From Methanobacterium sp. (lineage in GTDB: Archaea; Methanobacteriota; Methanobacteria; Methanobacteriales; Methanobacteriaceae), in the NCBI GenBank assembly GCA_003166335.1, contig PMWA01000062.1, positions 1 to 53,668 of the forward strand: a stretch of DNA of 53,668 nt, in the 5' to 3' direction. The first letter of the stretch is position 1. Every line of letters starts with the position of its first letter. The notes below the pieces were generated by a model. That model did not search any database. It was given only the letters and a program-made list of their open reading frames with translations, and was not told the DNA's origin. The position numbers were made by a program, and so were the translations under genes. Positions 17,015 to 24,653 of this stretch are shown one piece after another.

Positions 17015-17214
17015 TCAACAACCTCAATTTTAATTCCTGCATTATCAAATTTTTTTAAAACATTTTCCCATTTATTAGTAGCTCCTGTAAAACTCCAATC
17101 ATGCTTAAATTCCTTATACTGCTTTTTAGTTAATTGAACTGTATAAAAAAACTCCACTTCACCATTACGAGTTCGTGTACCTGTTAAAACAGTTCCCTTA
17201 TCCATAATATTCAT
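17011..17214 (-). CDS. Hypothetical protein
   Basis: Compact ORF whose stop overlaps the next start by 4 nt. Confidence 0.4.
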   Translation of the reverse strand: MNIMDKGTVLTGTRTRNGEVEFFYTVQLTKKQYKEFKHDWSFTGATNKWENVLKKFDNAGIKIEVVE

Positions 17215-17328
17215 TTAAACCAACCTCTCTAAACCGGAATCATGCAATAGATTAGGATCATAAAAACTCATATACGTGTAAAACTCTTCAAAATTAAATA
17301 AGTCATTGCAATCTTTTGATTCAATCAT

Positions 17329-17616
17329 TTAACCCACCATCTCTAAATCCTCATTCAACCTATATGATATTTCCAGCAACACATCTAAACAATGTTTACA
17401 GAAAAAAGCTCCTTCAATGAGCTTCCAACGGTTAACCCAGTCATCACACGTGCATCTCCAATAAGCAGTTATACAAGTGACAAATTCAGTATCTCCCTTA
17501 CTATTTTTAACTTCAGCCTGGACCATTGTATCATCAAAAAAGAGAATAGTAACTGTACCTTTCCGTTGGTACAGATCATAACCAGCTTTGATTCTTGTAT
17601 TCTTAGGATAACTCAT
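17329..17616 (-). CDS. SWIM-type zinc-finger protein
   Basis: CTCDDW...(16 aa)...CKHC fits the SWIM pattern C-x-C-x(n)-C-x-H. Confidence 0.6.
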   Translation of the reverse strand: MSYPKNTRIKAGYDLYQRKGTVTILFFDDTMVQAEVKNSKGDTEFVTCITAYWRCTCDDWVNRWKLIEGAFFCKHCLDVLLEISYRLNEDLEMVG

Positions 17617-17618
17617 TC

Positions 17619-17969
17619 TTAGTCTTCAACTCTAGATATTCCAACTTCAAGATCATCATTTTCTTCATTCAGCTTATCTTCCACCTTCTTTAAATCCTCA
17701 TCATTGAGTATAAAACGGTCTAAAGAAGCTCCACCATTGATTTTTTCTTCGATTAATTCCAGTTCAGCATTCACATCTGCTAGGCTACATTCAGTTTTAT
17801 TAAGCTCTTTTTCAACATCTTCACACATTGGAGAACCTGCATACTTTGAATGTTCCAACAATGTTAAACGAAAACCTAATTCAGATTTTTTACTTTGTAA
17901 ATTATCTCGTTTCTTTTGAAGTTTCTGATAAACACCTACTAAAACTTCAGCCATATTCTTATAAACCAT
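17619..17969 (-). CDS. Coiled-coil hypothetical protein
   Basis: Charged and heptad-like throughout. Confidence 0.4.
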   Translation of the reverse strand: MVYKNMAEVLVGVYQKLQKKRDNLQSKKSELGFRLTLLEHSKYAGSPMCEDVEKELNKTECSLADVNAELELIEEKINGGASLDRFILNDEDLKKVEDKLNEENDDLEVGISRVED

Positions 17970-18599
17970 TTAATCAATCTCCTTAGCTCGTTTAATTTCA
18001 CCGGCTTTATGCATCCTCATTAACTCGAATTTAACCCTGGTCATATCCTCACTATTCTCATCAAAATCAGGATCAGATTTAATATACACAATAACAGCTT
18101 CGCAGGTAATCACCAAATGCTGGTCTTTCATGACTTCAATATAATGATCTATTGTGTTACGTGCCTCTCTGTCTTCAGCTGTTTTCATTTCTGAATTATG
18201 AGGTTTATTATTCTCATTAAACTCTACAGGATATAATTTCAAATATAATGGATCCTTTTTACTGATTTCCGCATAAACATCATATTTTTTGAACGCTTTA
18301 TGCATAGGGTCGCTGGCAGGTTTCTCACCCTGGTAAATTATTTTAATCTTATAACCAGTTGGTATGTCATCCATAGCACTGTTCAAACCGGTAGTACCGA
18401 AAACAGTAACAACTCCATCAACAGCTATAGGGTGATCACATTCAATACAATACTTCCAGTTATCCCTTCCACGGAACGGACTTAAAACTCTTCTTAAATA
18501 GATTCCTTCTAACTGATCACCTATAGATTCACCTTTCCAAACACCAGATTTGCTCGGAACTTTAACCCATTCTTTTTTCTCAGTTTTTGCTTCAGTCAT
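17970..18599 (-). CDS. Conserved viral protein of unknown function (paralogue at 38005-38622)
   Basis: Alignable over its full length with the second copy. Shared motifs include GD..EG.YL.R, FRG, KYC.E..HP, V.V.G..GLN..M.DIP.G.K.KI.Y.G, SDPD and GEIK. Confidence 0.6.
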   Translation of the reverse strand: MTEAKTEKKEWVKVPSKSGVWKGESIGDQLEGIYLRRVLSPFRGRDNWKYCIECDHPIAVDGVVTVFGTTGLNSAMDDIPTGYKIKIIYQGEKPASDPMHKAFKKYDVYAEISKKDPLYLKLYPVEFNENNKPHNSEMKTAEDREARNTIDHYIEVMKDQHLVITCEAVIVYIKSDPDFDENSEDMTRVKFELMRMHKAGEIKRAKEID

Positions 18600-18953
18600 T
18601 TATTCCACCAGCCCTAACTCTTTTGGAGATTTCCATCCTTTATCTTCATTTTTAATAGCCATCTCTTCAGCTTCCTTTTTTTCCTCAATATCATTCTTAA
18701 TCATTTGCAGCCGGTAGTTTTGGACAGTTTTATCAATATGCTCCACAATCTCACTATCGATCCGAATTTTCTCTAAAACCAAACCTGCAAGGTAAGTATC
18801 CTCTGCAAATATTTTCTGCTCATCCCTGGAGAGCTTATCAGTGTACTCTATAACTTTTTTACTATCACCCCAAGTCCTCTTAGCTTTCCCTAAAACAGCT
18901 ACTAAGGATAAGCCACTGCCATCTAATTCTTTTTTAATTTCTTCATTATTCAA
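18600..18953 (-). CDS. Hypothetical protein
   Basis: Abuts the neighbouring ORF with no gap. Confidence 0.4.
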   Translation of the reverse strand: MNNEEIKKELDGSGLSLVAVLGKAKRTWGDSKKVIEYTDKLSRDEQKIFAEDTYLAGLVLEKIRIDSEIVEHIDKTVQNYRLQMIKNDIEEKKEAEEMAIKNEDKGWKSPKELGLVE

Positions 18954-18988
18954 CTAAATCACCTGCTTTTTTTCTCTCATAAAAATTT

Positions 18989-19279
18989 CTATGAGCGTGC
19001 AACCCGTTTACTAGGCGGAACCGTAGATAATAACTCCTCTTCAGTTTTCGATGCAACCTTTTTCAAAGGTCTCTGAGGATAAAAATTATTAGGATCAGCT
19101 TTCCAATCAGCATAATAACCCAAACCTAACTCCAAAGGATCCAATTCACAACTACACTCAACCGCTTTAAGTCCTCTTTCAGATTCGTTTTCTTCATAAG
19201 TCCAATACCACTGACTTATCACACCATCATTACAGTGGGGACATGATTTAAAAATCGGTTTAGCCATAGGAGAACTCAT
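18989..19279 (-). CDS. Hypothetical Cys-containing protein
   Basis: CPHC ... CSC pattern. Confidence 0.4.
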   Translation of the reverse strand: MSSPMAKPIFKSCPHCNDGVISQWYWTYEENESERGLKAVECSCELDPLELGLGYYADWKADPNNFYPQRPLKKVASKTEEELLSTVPPSKRVARS

Positions 19280-19429
19280 TAAATCACCTTAATAAATAAT
19301 AAATAAATTAATAATAAAAATATAATAATTAATAATATAATATATAATAATAGATACGAAGGTAGATCCGGATTTCGTGTATTCAATGTATTTCGTGTAC
19401 ATGAAATACATAAAAAATTAAGTTCAAAT
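19280..19429. promoter_or_regulatory. AT-rich intergenic region with iteron-like repeats (ori or operator candidate)
   Basis: About 60 nt of almost pure A/T is followed by ATTTCGTGTA twice (19372 and 19390, 18 bp apart). A palindrome GTATTTC-N8-GAAATAC lies at 19388-19409, and ACGAA..TTCGT arms are present. Confidence 0.35.
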
Positions 19430-19864
19430 TTAAATGAGGCTATCATATTTACTCCTCCCTTGAACAGTGTGTAAATGATGTTTAAGAATTTTATCACCCA
19501 TAGAATCAGGAATAGCACTTTTTAACTCCGAGAAACTAATATCTTGAACTGTAGCTATTTCTTCAATTCTATCCAAACCAATACTACCATCATTATCTAT
19601 AATTTTTAAAACAGTGTTTAATGCAAATGTTAATTTGTTTATATCTTCACCCTTCAATTCATCTTCAACAGACATTAAACCTATTTCTCGGTCATATTCT
19701 TTCATTAATTCCTGTTTTTTCATATCTAGTTCATCAATTTCCATTTTGATAATTTCTGCTCGATTACTGGTTGCTATTTTTCTTCTAAGATAATCTTCAT
19801 AGTCCTTAGTACGGTCAGGAATTAACGTTTTAGATTTCTTATAAAGGTCAAAATCAATGTTCAT
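19430..19864 (-). CDS. Hypothetical protein
   Basis: 144-aa ORF; AAGGAGG lies upstream, about 30 nt from the ATG, which is long for a ribosome-binding site. Confidence 0.45.
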   Translation of the reverse strand: MNIDFDLYKKSKTLIPDRTKDYEDYLRRKIATSNRAEIIKMEIDELDMKKQELMKEYDREIGLMSVEDELKGEDINKLTFALNTVLKIIDNDGSIGLDRIEEIATVQDISFSELKSAIPDSMGDKILKHHLHTVQGRSKYDSLI

Positions 19865-19940
19865 GTGAATTCCTTTACTATTTTGTCTTGTTTTTTTCCG
19901 TCCCGTTTCAATACCTCCTTAATTTTTAATTAAAATATAA

Positions 19941-20010
19941 GCCAGTAGGGAATCGAACCCCCGTTTCTCGGTTACAGGCCGAGCACATCACCAAACTATG
20001 TTATACAGGC
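19941..20010 (-). tRNA. tRNA-like element, non-canonical (anticodon position reads TGT)
   Basis: Has a D arm ACAT/ATGT with GG in the loop, an anticodon stem CTCGG/CCGAG and a T loop TTCGATT. The T stem has only 3 clean bp, the acceptor stem has a T-T mismatch, and position 33 is C. It is either a pseudogene or affected by homopolymer miscalls. Confidence 0.35.
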
Positions 20011-20023
20011 AATGAATTTAGGA

Positions 20024-20113
20024 GGCTGCCAGTCTTGTAGTAAGACGAAGAGAAGGATTTTTTTTAATAAAATTTTGGGGGTTTAATTATGAAATTTCCT
20101 TCAACTGGCAGCC
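20024..20113. repeat. 10-bp GC-rich inverted repeat GGCTGCCAGT / ACTGGCAGCC enclosing about 70 nt
   Basis: The arms are exact reverse complements at 20024-20033 and 20104-20113, immediately 5-prime of the tRNA-like element on the minus strand. Confidence 0.5.
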
Positions 20114-20125
20114 AAATGAAAATCT

Positions 20126-20338
20126 TTAATCCCCCACAATTTTATAAGCAATTCTAAACACCACAAATCGCCATAAGAGAAATAAGAAATGGAAAGTTTC
20201 ATTATAAAGGCTTTGGACTTCTTGTTTCCGTAAATCTCTTGGTGCGGGTGTGGTCTTATTCATCACAGTTCCACATTTACCACATTTAAAGTGGGATATG
20301 TGTTCTTTCATTTGATTTTCACATACAGGACATTCCAT
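20126..20338 (-). CDS. Small zinc-ribbon protein
   Basis: CPVC ... CGKCG. Confidence 0.4.
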   Translation of the reverse strand: MECPVCENQMKEHISHFKCGKCGTVMNKTTPAPRDLRKQEVQSLYNETFHFLFLLWRFVVFRIAYKIVGD

Positions 20339-20340
20339 CC

Positions 20341-20538
20341 TTAACCACCTCCAATACTTGCGAGTGTCATTAATTCAAAGCTCCAGATTATGATCGCAGC
20401 CCACATAACAATTAATAATGCTAAAATGATAATTGCAGGTCTGGCTGTGAAATAATCATAAGCTTGGATGTAAGGATCTTTCTGGCGTGGTCTGAGTAAA
20501 TCTGCTCGTCTTCGTGTTCGTTCACTCATTTCAAACAT
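20341..20538 (-). CDS. Small membrane protein
   Basis: Hydrophobic segment IIILALLIVMWAAIIIW. Confidence 0.4.
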   Translation of the reverse strand: MFEMSERTRRRADLLRPRQKDPYIQAYDYFTARPAIIILALLIVMWAAIIIWSFELMTLASIGGG

Positions 20539-21242
20539 CTCCTCATAGATTTAATTACATCAGAATCTAAAATTCCAATATACCTTTCTTGAATTATTTC
20601 ACTAATTTTCACAGCTTTTTTAATATAAGCTAATGAAGCAGCTTCTTCTGACTTAAAATAACCCAGATTTTTACTTTTTTTATTAATCGTGATATGAACC
20701 TGCCATTTTTGAACATTCTTATTCCAACTAACCCCCTTAAATCGACTTGTGAAATTGGGTTTTTTAATAATAACCTTTTCCCCATTTATAAGGGCATTAT
20801 ATGCATTTTGATATTCTGCTTGGGCTTCTTTCGATGTGTTAAAACGTCCTAACCAATATTTCTTATTATCATATTGAACTTGAGAAATCCACTTTCCTGT
20901 TTGTTTACAAAAACAAACACCAGGATATTGACTGCTTCGTGGATGGTGCCTATTTTGACCATTTTCATTACCCGTAACAATTCTAAGATTTTCCCTTCGA
21001 TTATCCAACCCATTTCCATTAATATGATCGACTTGTTTCAATTTATGCGGATTTAAAATAAGTCTATGTAACAGAATATGCCCATTTCCATACCTTTTAC
21101 GGGCATATTTTAAATTATCAGGTCGTTTACGGTCATGGTGTAAATGCCATTTCTGGTTTTTAATTTTTTCATAATCTTCTGCATCGATTAAAGTGAAGTC
21201 TAGGCCGTTACTCAAAGGAAAAAAATATGTAACATTTTTCAT
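20526..21242 (-). CDS. HNH endonuclease with two AP2 domains (homing-endonuclease-like)
   Basis: DHINGNGLDNRRENLRIV plus two YPGV/FKGV...W.....K...LG.F...EA..AY modules. Confidence 0.8.
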   Translation of the reverse strand: MKNVTYFFPLSNGLDFTLIDAEDYEKIKNQKWHLHHDRKRPDNLKYARKRYGNGHILLHRLILNPHKLKQVDHINGNGLDNRRENLRIVTGNENGQNRHHPRSSQYPGVCFCKQTGKWISQVQYDNKKYWLGRFNTSKEAQAEYQNAYNALINGEKVIIKKPNFTSRFKGVSWNKNVQKWQVHITINKKSKNLGYFKSEEAASLAYIKKAVKISEIIQERYIGILDSDVIKSMRRCLK

Positions 21243-21391
21243 ATTTTATCCTTCCTTAAACTGCAGCAGAATCTGCATTCCATAAGCTCGCAGTCTTTAT
21301 CCGGTTCATCCTGGTTTATTCCACATTCATGCATGGTATGAATGCATGCTGCCATGTTACTGGCTTCTTCTTCTGCAATATGATCCATCAT
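21239..21391 (-). CDS. Small Cys-rich ORF (50 aa)
   Basis: Hand-translated. Its TGA overlaps the HNH ATG (ATGA). Confidence 0.3.
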   Translation of the reverse strand: MMDHIAEEEASNMAACIHTMHECGINQDEPDKDCELMECRFCCSLRKDKI

Positions 21392-21640
21392 TTAAATCAC
21401 CTGTTCAATTTCATTTTCATTAGTTAATGGAATGCTGCTTAAAAGACTGAAATCCCGTTTAGATTCTTTTATTTGCTTTAATTGGATTTCTTTGTTCAAC
21501 CAAAGCCTCATCCCTTCCATAAATGCTAAACCATACCATCCTCTTTTAAACTTGAATTTGGTGCATGCTTTTTGTCTGAATTTCAGATCTAACTTCTCAG
21601 GAATGCTAATGGTAACTCTGTTAATTCCTTTTTTTGTCAT
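21392..21640 (-). CDS. Ribbon-helix-helix (CopG/Arc-like) DNA-binding protein
   Basis: N-terminal RVTISIPEKLDLKF strand-helix pattern. Confidence 0.5.
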   Translation of the reverse strand: MTKKGINRVTISIPEKLDLKFRQKACTKFKFKRGWYGLAFMEGMRLWLNKEIQLKQIKESKRDFSLLSSIPLTNENEIEQVI

Positions 21641-21775
21641 CAGAAATCACCTACTTGTTATAACTCCTATTTCCTTTTCTTTCCCAATGTGCTCCGATTT
21701 GTATGCCCTCTCGTTCTAATGCTTTTTGGAAGAAATATTTACCAGCTGCATCTAAGAGTTTCTTTTTAGTTTCCA

Positions 21776-21982
21776 TCATCCAATCACCCTCTGCATTGAT
21801 TTATCCATATCACAGTTGCATAGGACTTCCCTATCCAAAACTGCTTTTTTCACAGCCTGGACTACTCCATCAGAAACACCGTAACTGTCTAATCTTTGCA
21901 TGACATCATCAGGTAATGTTCCTTCGATGGCTTCTCTGATGTCATCTTCAATTCCTAAAGTGCTTATTTGGATAATTAGCAT
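21776..21982 (-). CDS. Hypothetical protein
   Basis: Tightly packed in the early operon. Confidence 0.35.
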   Translation of the reverse strand: MLIIQISTLGIEDDIREAIEGTLPDDVMQRLDSYGVSDGVVQAVKKAVLDREVLCNCDMDKSMQRVIG

Positions 21983-21983
21983 C

Positions 21984-22154
21984 TTACTTAGCCCCCATTT
22001 TAACTAAATTTGATTCATAACCACATTTAACACAAATAAAACCTCTAGGACATTCCCATAAAACATCTTCTTCACAATTAGGGCAATCAGTAGTTGTTTT
22101 TTTACAGATTGCATTAACGAAATGTCTTCTATCGTTTCTCATGCTCCGAGTCAT
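21984..22154 (-). CDS. Small zinc-ribbon ORF (56 aa)
   Basis: Hand-translated; CPNC ... CVKCG. TAATG start/stop overlap with the upstream ORF. Confidence 0.35.
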   Translation of the reverse strand: MTRSMRNDRRHFVNAICKKTTTDCPNCEEDVLWECPRGFICVKCGYESNLVKMGAK

Positions 22155-22429
22155 TATTCATCACCTTCATATCCAGTGCAACTTTTTAACCAGATTGGAT
22201 CGAAGTTGAAAGGCCAGGAAGCCCATCCTTCCGCGAAAGCATCTTCATCTAATACAACTTTCAGGTTTTCATGAATCCAGGGAATCTTGTGTTTATTTAC
22301 AATTCCATCAAAAATTAGCATTAAATCCTCATGATTACCAATGTATTGTTCTACGATCGGATGTTTGCAGCTGCTATGTCTACTATTTGGTACAGATCCT
22401 CGATGTTTGCAGGTAAGGCATTCATTCAT
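22154..22429 (-). CDS. Hypothetical Cys/His-containing phage protein
   Basis: CLTCKH....H..CKHP at the N-terminus. Confidence 0.4.
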   Translation of the reverse strand: MNECLTCKHRGSVPNSRHSSCKHPIVEQYIGNHEDLMLIFDGIVNKHKIPWIHENLKVVLDEDAFAEGWASWPFNFDPIWLKSCTGYEGDE

Positions 22430-22430
22430 C

Positions 22431-22778
22431 TTAGAACCCCCTCACACTTAAAAAATAGTCAGAATCTTCTTCATAGGCGGTTTCACATTCAACGATTCCA
22501 CGTTCCATAGCATCTAAAGCTTCAGATTCTGCTTCCATTCCTTCCCGATCCAATTCTTGAACTGCGTATTTAACGTGAAATTCTTTAACAGTTTTCATAC
22601 CACTGTGAAATGTTACAAATACTGTTCTATGGATTATCTCATTCAGGGCATGTGCACCTTTATAATCTGCTAAGTAGTCTATAACAGCTTTACTTATCCT
22701 TACACCATGTTCAAATATCCAGTAGTCGCCTTCTTTAGCTTCTTTTTGAATTATTTTCCTTATTTCTGTTTTATTCAT
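22431..22778 (-). CDS. Hypothetical protein, first gene of the leftward early operon
   Basis: Borders the divergent intergenic region. Confidence 0.4.
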   Translation of the reverse strand: MNKTEIRKIIQKEAKEGDYWIFEHGVRISKAVIDYLADYKGAHALNEIIHRTVFVTFHSGMKTVKEFHVKYAVQELDREGMEAESEALDAMERGIVECETAYEEDSDYFLSVRGF

Positions 22779-22996
22779 TTTCTTCTCATCCCCTTTTCTT
22801 TTTGAAGTTCATTCCATCCATTTGGAGGGAATGGCAAGAGAATGAAGAAAAATTAGTTTTTCTCTTGCAAGTTACTATATTATTATAATAGTATATAATA
22901 GTTTCTAATAGAATAGAATAGAAAAGTATATTTAATATAAAAATAGATACTAAACTAAGGATATATAGAAAATAATAAAAGTAGAGAGGTGATACT
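22779..22996. promoter_or_regulatory. Divergent promoter/operator region (lysogeny-switch candidate)
   Basis: Separates the leftward early operon from the rightward RHH gene. It contains TATA-like TTTAATATAAAAAT, AATAG repeats and a CATTCC/GGAATG inverted repeat. Confidence 0.4.
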
Positions 22997-23140
22997 ATGA
23001 ACGTGAACATCATGAAAACTAAAGCTTGTTTTGATATAGAAGAAGAAGAACTAGAAAAAATAGATAAAATTGCAGAAAGTAAACAGCGTTCACGGTCATT
23101 TATCTTACGTGAAGCCGTGTCTAAATATTTAAATGAGTGA
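22997..23140 (+). CDS. Ribbon-helix-helix (CopG/MetJ-type) regulator, 47 aa
   Basis: Hand-translated, with GAGAGGTGA upstream of the ATG. The C-terminal segment SRSFILREAVSKYL is typical of RHH helix 2. Confidence 0.55.
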   Translation: MNVNIMKTKACFDIEEEELEKIDKIAESKQRSRSFILREAVSKYLNE

Positions 23141-23146
23141 TTTATT

Positions 23147-23344
23147 GTGGATCCTGAAAATGATTTAATATGTGGATTAAATCTTGAAGAAAGAATTGAT
23201 TTATTCCAAATAGCAAAAAATAATTTAGGAATATATGGACTTAAATCTGAATATATAAACGATAAAGAAGTAATTAATCTTCTTAAAAATAAATATAAAG
23301 AAGTTTCTGGATATGATTTTGAACAAAAATTATTAAAAGAATAA
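23147..23344 (+). CDS. Hypothetical protein
   Basis: GTG start 6 nt after the RHH stop. Confidence 0.4.
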   Translation: MDPENDLICGLNLEERIDLFQIAKNNLGIYGLKSEYINDKEVINLLKNKYKEVSGYDFEQKLLKE

Positions 23345-23379
23345 CTTAAACTACTTTTATTTTTAAATTCAAAATTAAG
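23339..23379. repeat. Direct repeat of about 40 bp, copy 1 (GAATAACTTAAACTACTTTTATTTTTAAATTCAAAATTAAG)
   Basis: Begins in the last codons and stop of 23147-23344. Copy 2 lies at 23549-23585. Confidence 0.55.
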
Positions 23380-23392
23380 AAAGTGATTGAAT

Positions 23393-23554
23393 ATGAACTG
23401 GATTGATTGGGAAGATACACTTTTATTTTTAGATGAATTAATAAAAATAAAGGATAATAAAGGCGAAGTTTTTACGTCTAAAAAAATATTAGGAATTAGA
23501 AAGAGATTAAGGGAATATATGAAAGAGAATAAATTAGGTATTAGTGAAGAATAA
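23393..23554 (+). CDS. Hypothetical protein (53 aa)
   Basis: Hand-translated. Confidence 0.35.
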   Translation: MNWIDWEDTLLFLDELIKIKDNKGEVFTSKKILGIRKRLREYMKENKLGISEE

Positions 23555-23585
23555 CTTAAATTACTTTTTTTAAATTCAAAATTAG
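23549..23585. repeat. Direct repeat, copy 2 (GAATAACTTAAATTACTTTTTTAAATTCAAAATTAG)
   Basis: Begins in the last codons and stop of 23393-23554. Confidence 0.55.
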
Positions 23586-23604
23586 ATGAGGACAGCATAA
23601 AAAG

Positions 23605-23820
23605 CTATCCCTGATGATTAATGAGATGTATCTGCTCTACTATTGCATCGTCTTCATCTAATATTTCATCATATTCAGGATCTGTTCGCTTAATTTTCTT
23701 CAATTTATAATGATTATCCCAGAACTTATTTTCTAATTCATGGAAATTTAAAGTTTTAATTTCTGGTTTTGATCCTATTTTATCAAAAGTTTTAATAGCT
23801 TCTTTAGAGATACATCCCAT
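23605..23820 (-). CDS. Hypothetical protein
   Basis: GGAGG lies 7 nt upstream of the ATG. Confidence 0.45.
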   Translation of the reverse strand: MGCISKEAIKTFDKIGSKPEIKTLNFHELENKFWDNHYKLKKIKRTDPEYDEILDEDDAIVEQIHLINHQG

Positions 23821-23840
23821 TTGTCAGCCTCCAAGCTGGC

Positions 23841-23883
23841 GGCGGGAGGGGAAATAATCTTGCAGGATTTGGTCCCTTCCGCC
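23841..23883 (-). promoter_or_regulatory. GC-rich 10-bp-stem hairpin in the 5-prime leader of 23605-23820
   Basis: GGCGGGAGGG pairs with CCCTTCCGCC (one G-T pair). The hairpin ends about 10 nt from the GGAGG. Confidence 0.4.
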
Positions 23884-24158
23884 TTTAATATCATTCCAAT
23901 TTAGATAAGCACAGCTGAACGTGCCCAATAAGAAAAACCTATGGAGTGGGTTTGAATATTGGTAGTTGGTGCTTTAAACATATAAATATTACCTTATTTA
24001 TTAGGTAATTTTTACAAATAAAATTTCTATTTGTCATTAACTTAAAATTGAATCAACACCCCAAATGAGAAATACTATTCCTTGCCATGTTTCAAAAGTC
24101 CAATATTTCAAAGGATTTATAAACCATCAATAACAAAAAATTAGATGGTGAACTGGAA

Positions 24159-24365
24159 TTGAAAAAATCTAATACTAAAATTGGATGTCCTTCCAAAATT
24201 AAAGGATTTTTAAACCGTTGGAAACATTATTATTATCTTAAAAATCAGAATAAATGTGATGAAATAAGATATGAAGCTGAAACTAAATTATCACGTACTT
24301 CTTTTTGGCGTTTTAGAAAAGAAATAATTAAGATGTTTCCAGAAGAGAAAGAATGGTTATTTTGA
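24159..24365 (+). CDS. Small HTH protein (excisionase/regulator candidate)
   Basis: LSRTSFWRFRKE resembles the recognition helix of resolvase/Xis-type HTH domains. The gene is convergent with the integrase. Confidence 0.4.
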   Translation: MKKSNTKIGCPSKIKGFLNRWKHYYYLKNQNKCDEIRYEAETKLSRTSFWRFRKEIIKMFPEEKEWLF

Positions 24366-24366
24366 T

Positions 24367-24387
24367 GAAACTTTTTATAAAAGTTTC
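24367..24387 (+). terminator. Hairpin GAAACTTTT-TAT-AAAAGTTTC
   Basis: 9-bp stem starting 2 nt after the stop. Confidence 0.45.
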
Positions 24388-24628
24388 AGGTAATACTTTT
24401 CAGATCCACGCGTTGGCCACAGCTGCATTATGGACCACATAGATCCCGAGCTCCAGGTCAACATTGAATAATTAGTAAGATGTTTCCAATTTGGAAAATA
24501 CTGATTAAAAAAAGAGTTATAATAAATTTCATTATAACTAAACTAAATAACATAAGTAATACTGTTTGAACTTGTTCCATTTTGGAACATGTTGAACTTA
24601 TAGGAAATTCCAATAAGTTAGTTTTGAT

Positions 24629-24649
24629 CCACCTTTTTCTAAAAGGTGG
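24629..24649 (-). terminator. Hairpin CCACCTTTT-TCT-AAAAGGTGG after the integrase
   Basis: 9-bp stem, 5 nt past the integrase stop. Confidence 0.45.
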
Positions 24650-24653
24650 TTAT

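Noticed and set aside
19279-19518. 79-aa ORF on the minus strand
   Set aside because: It is a low-complexity Leu/Ile/Phe translation of the AT-rich iteron region and overlaps the end of 19430-19864.
22786-23598. 270-aa ORF on the minus strand
   Set aside because: Its composition is extremely Ser/Phe/Leu/Ile/Asn-rich. It is antisense to three compact plus-strand ORFs with good RBSs, including a clear RHH protein.
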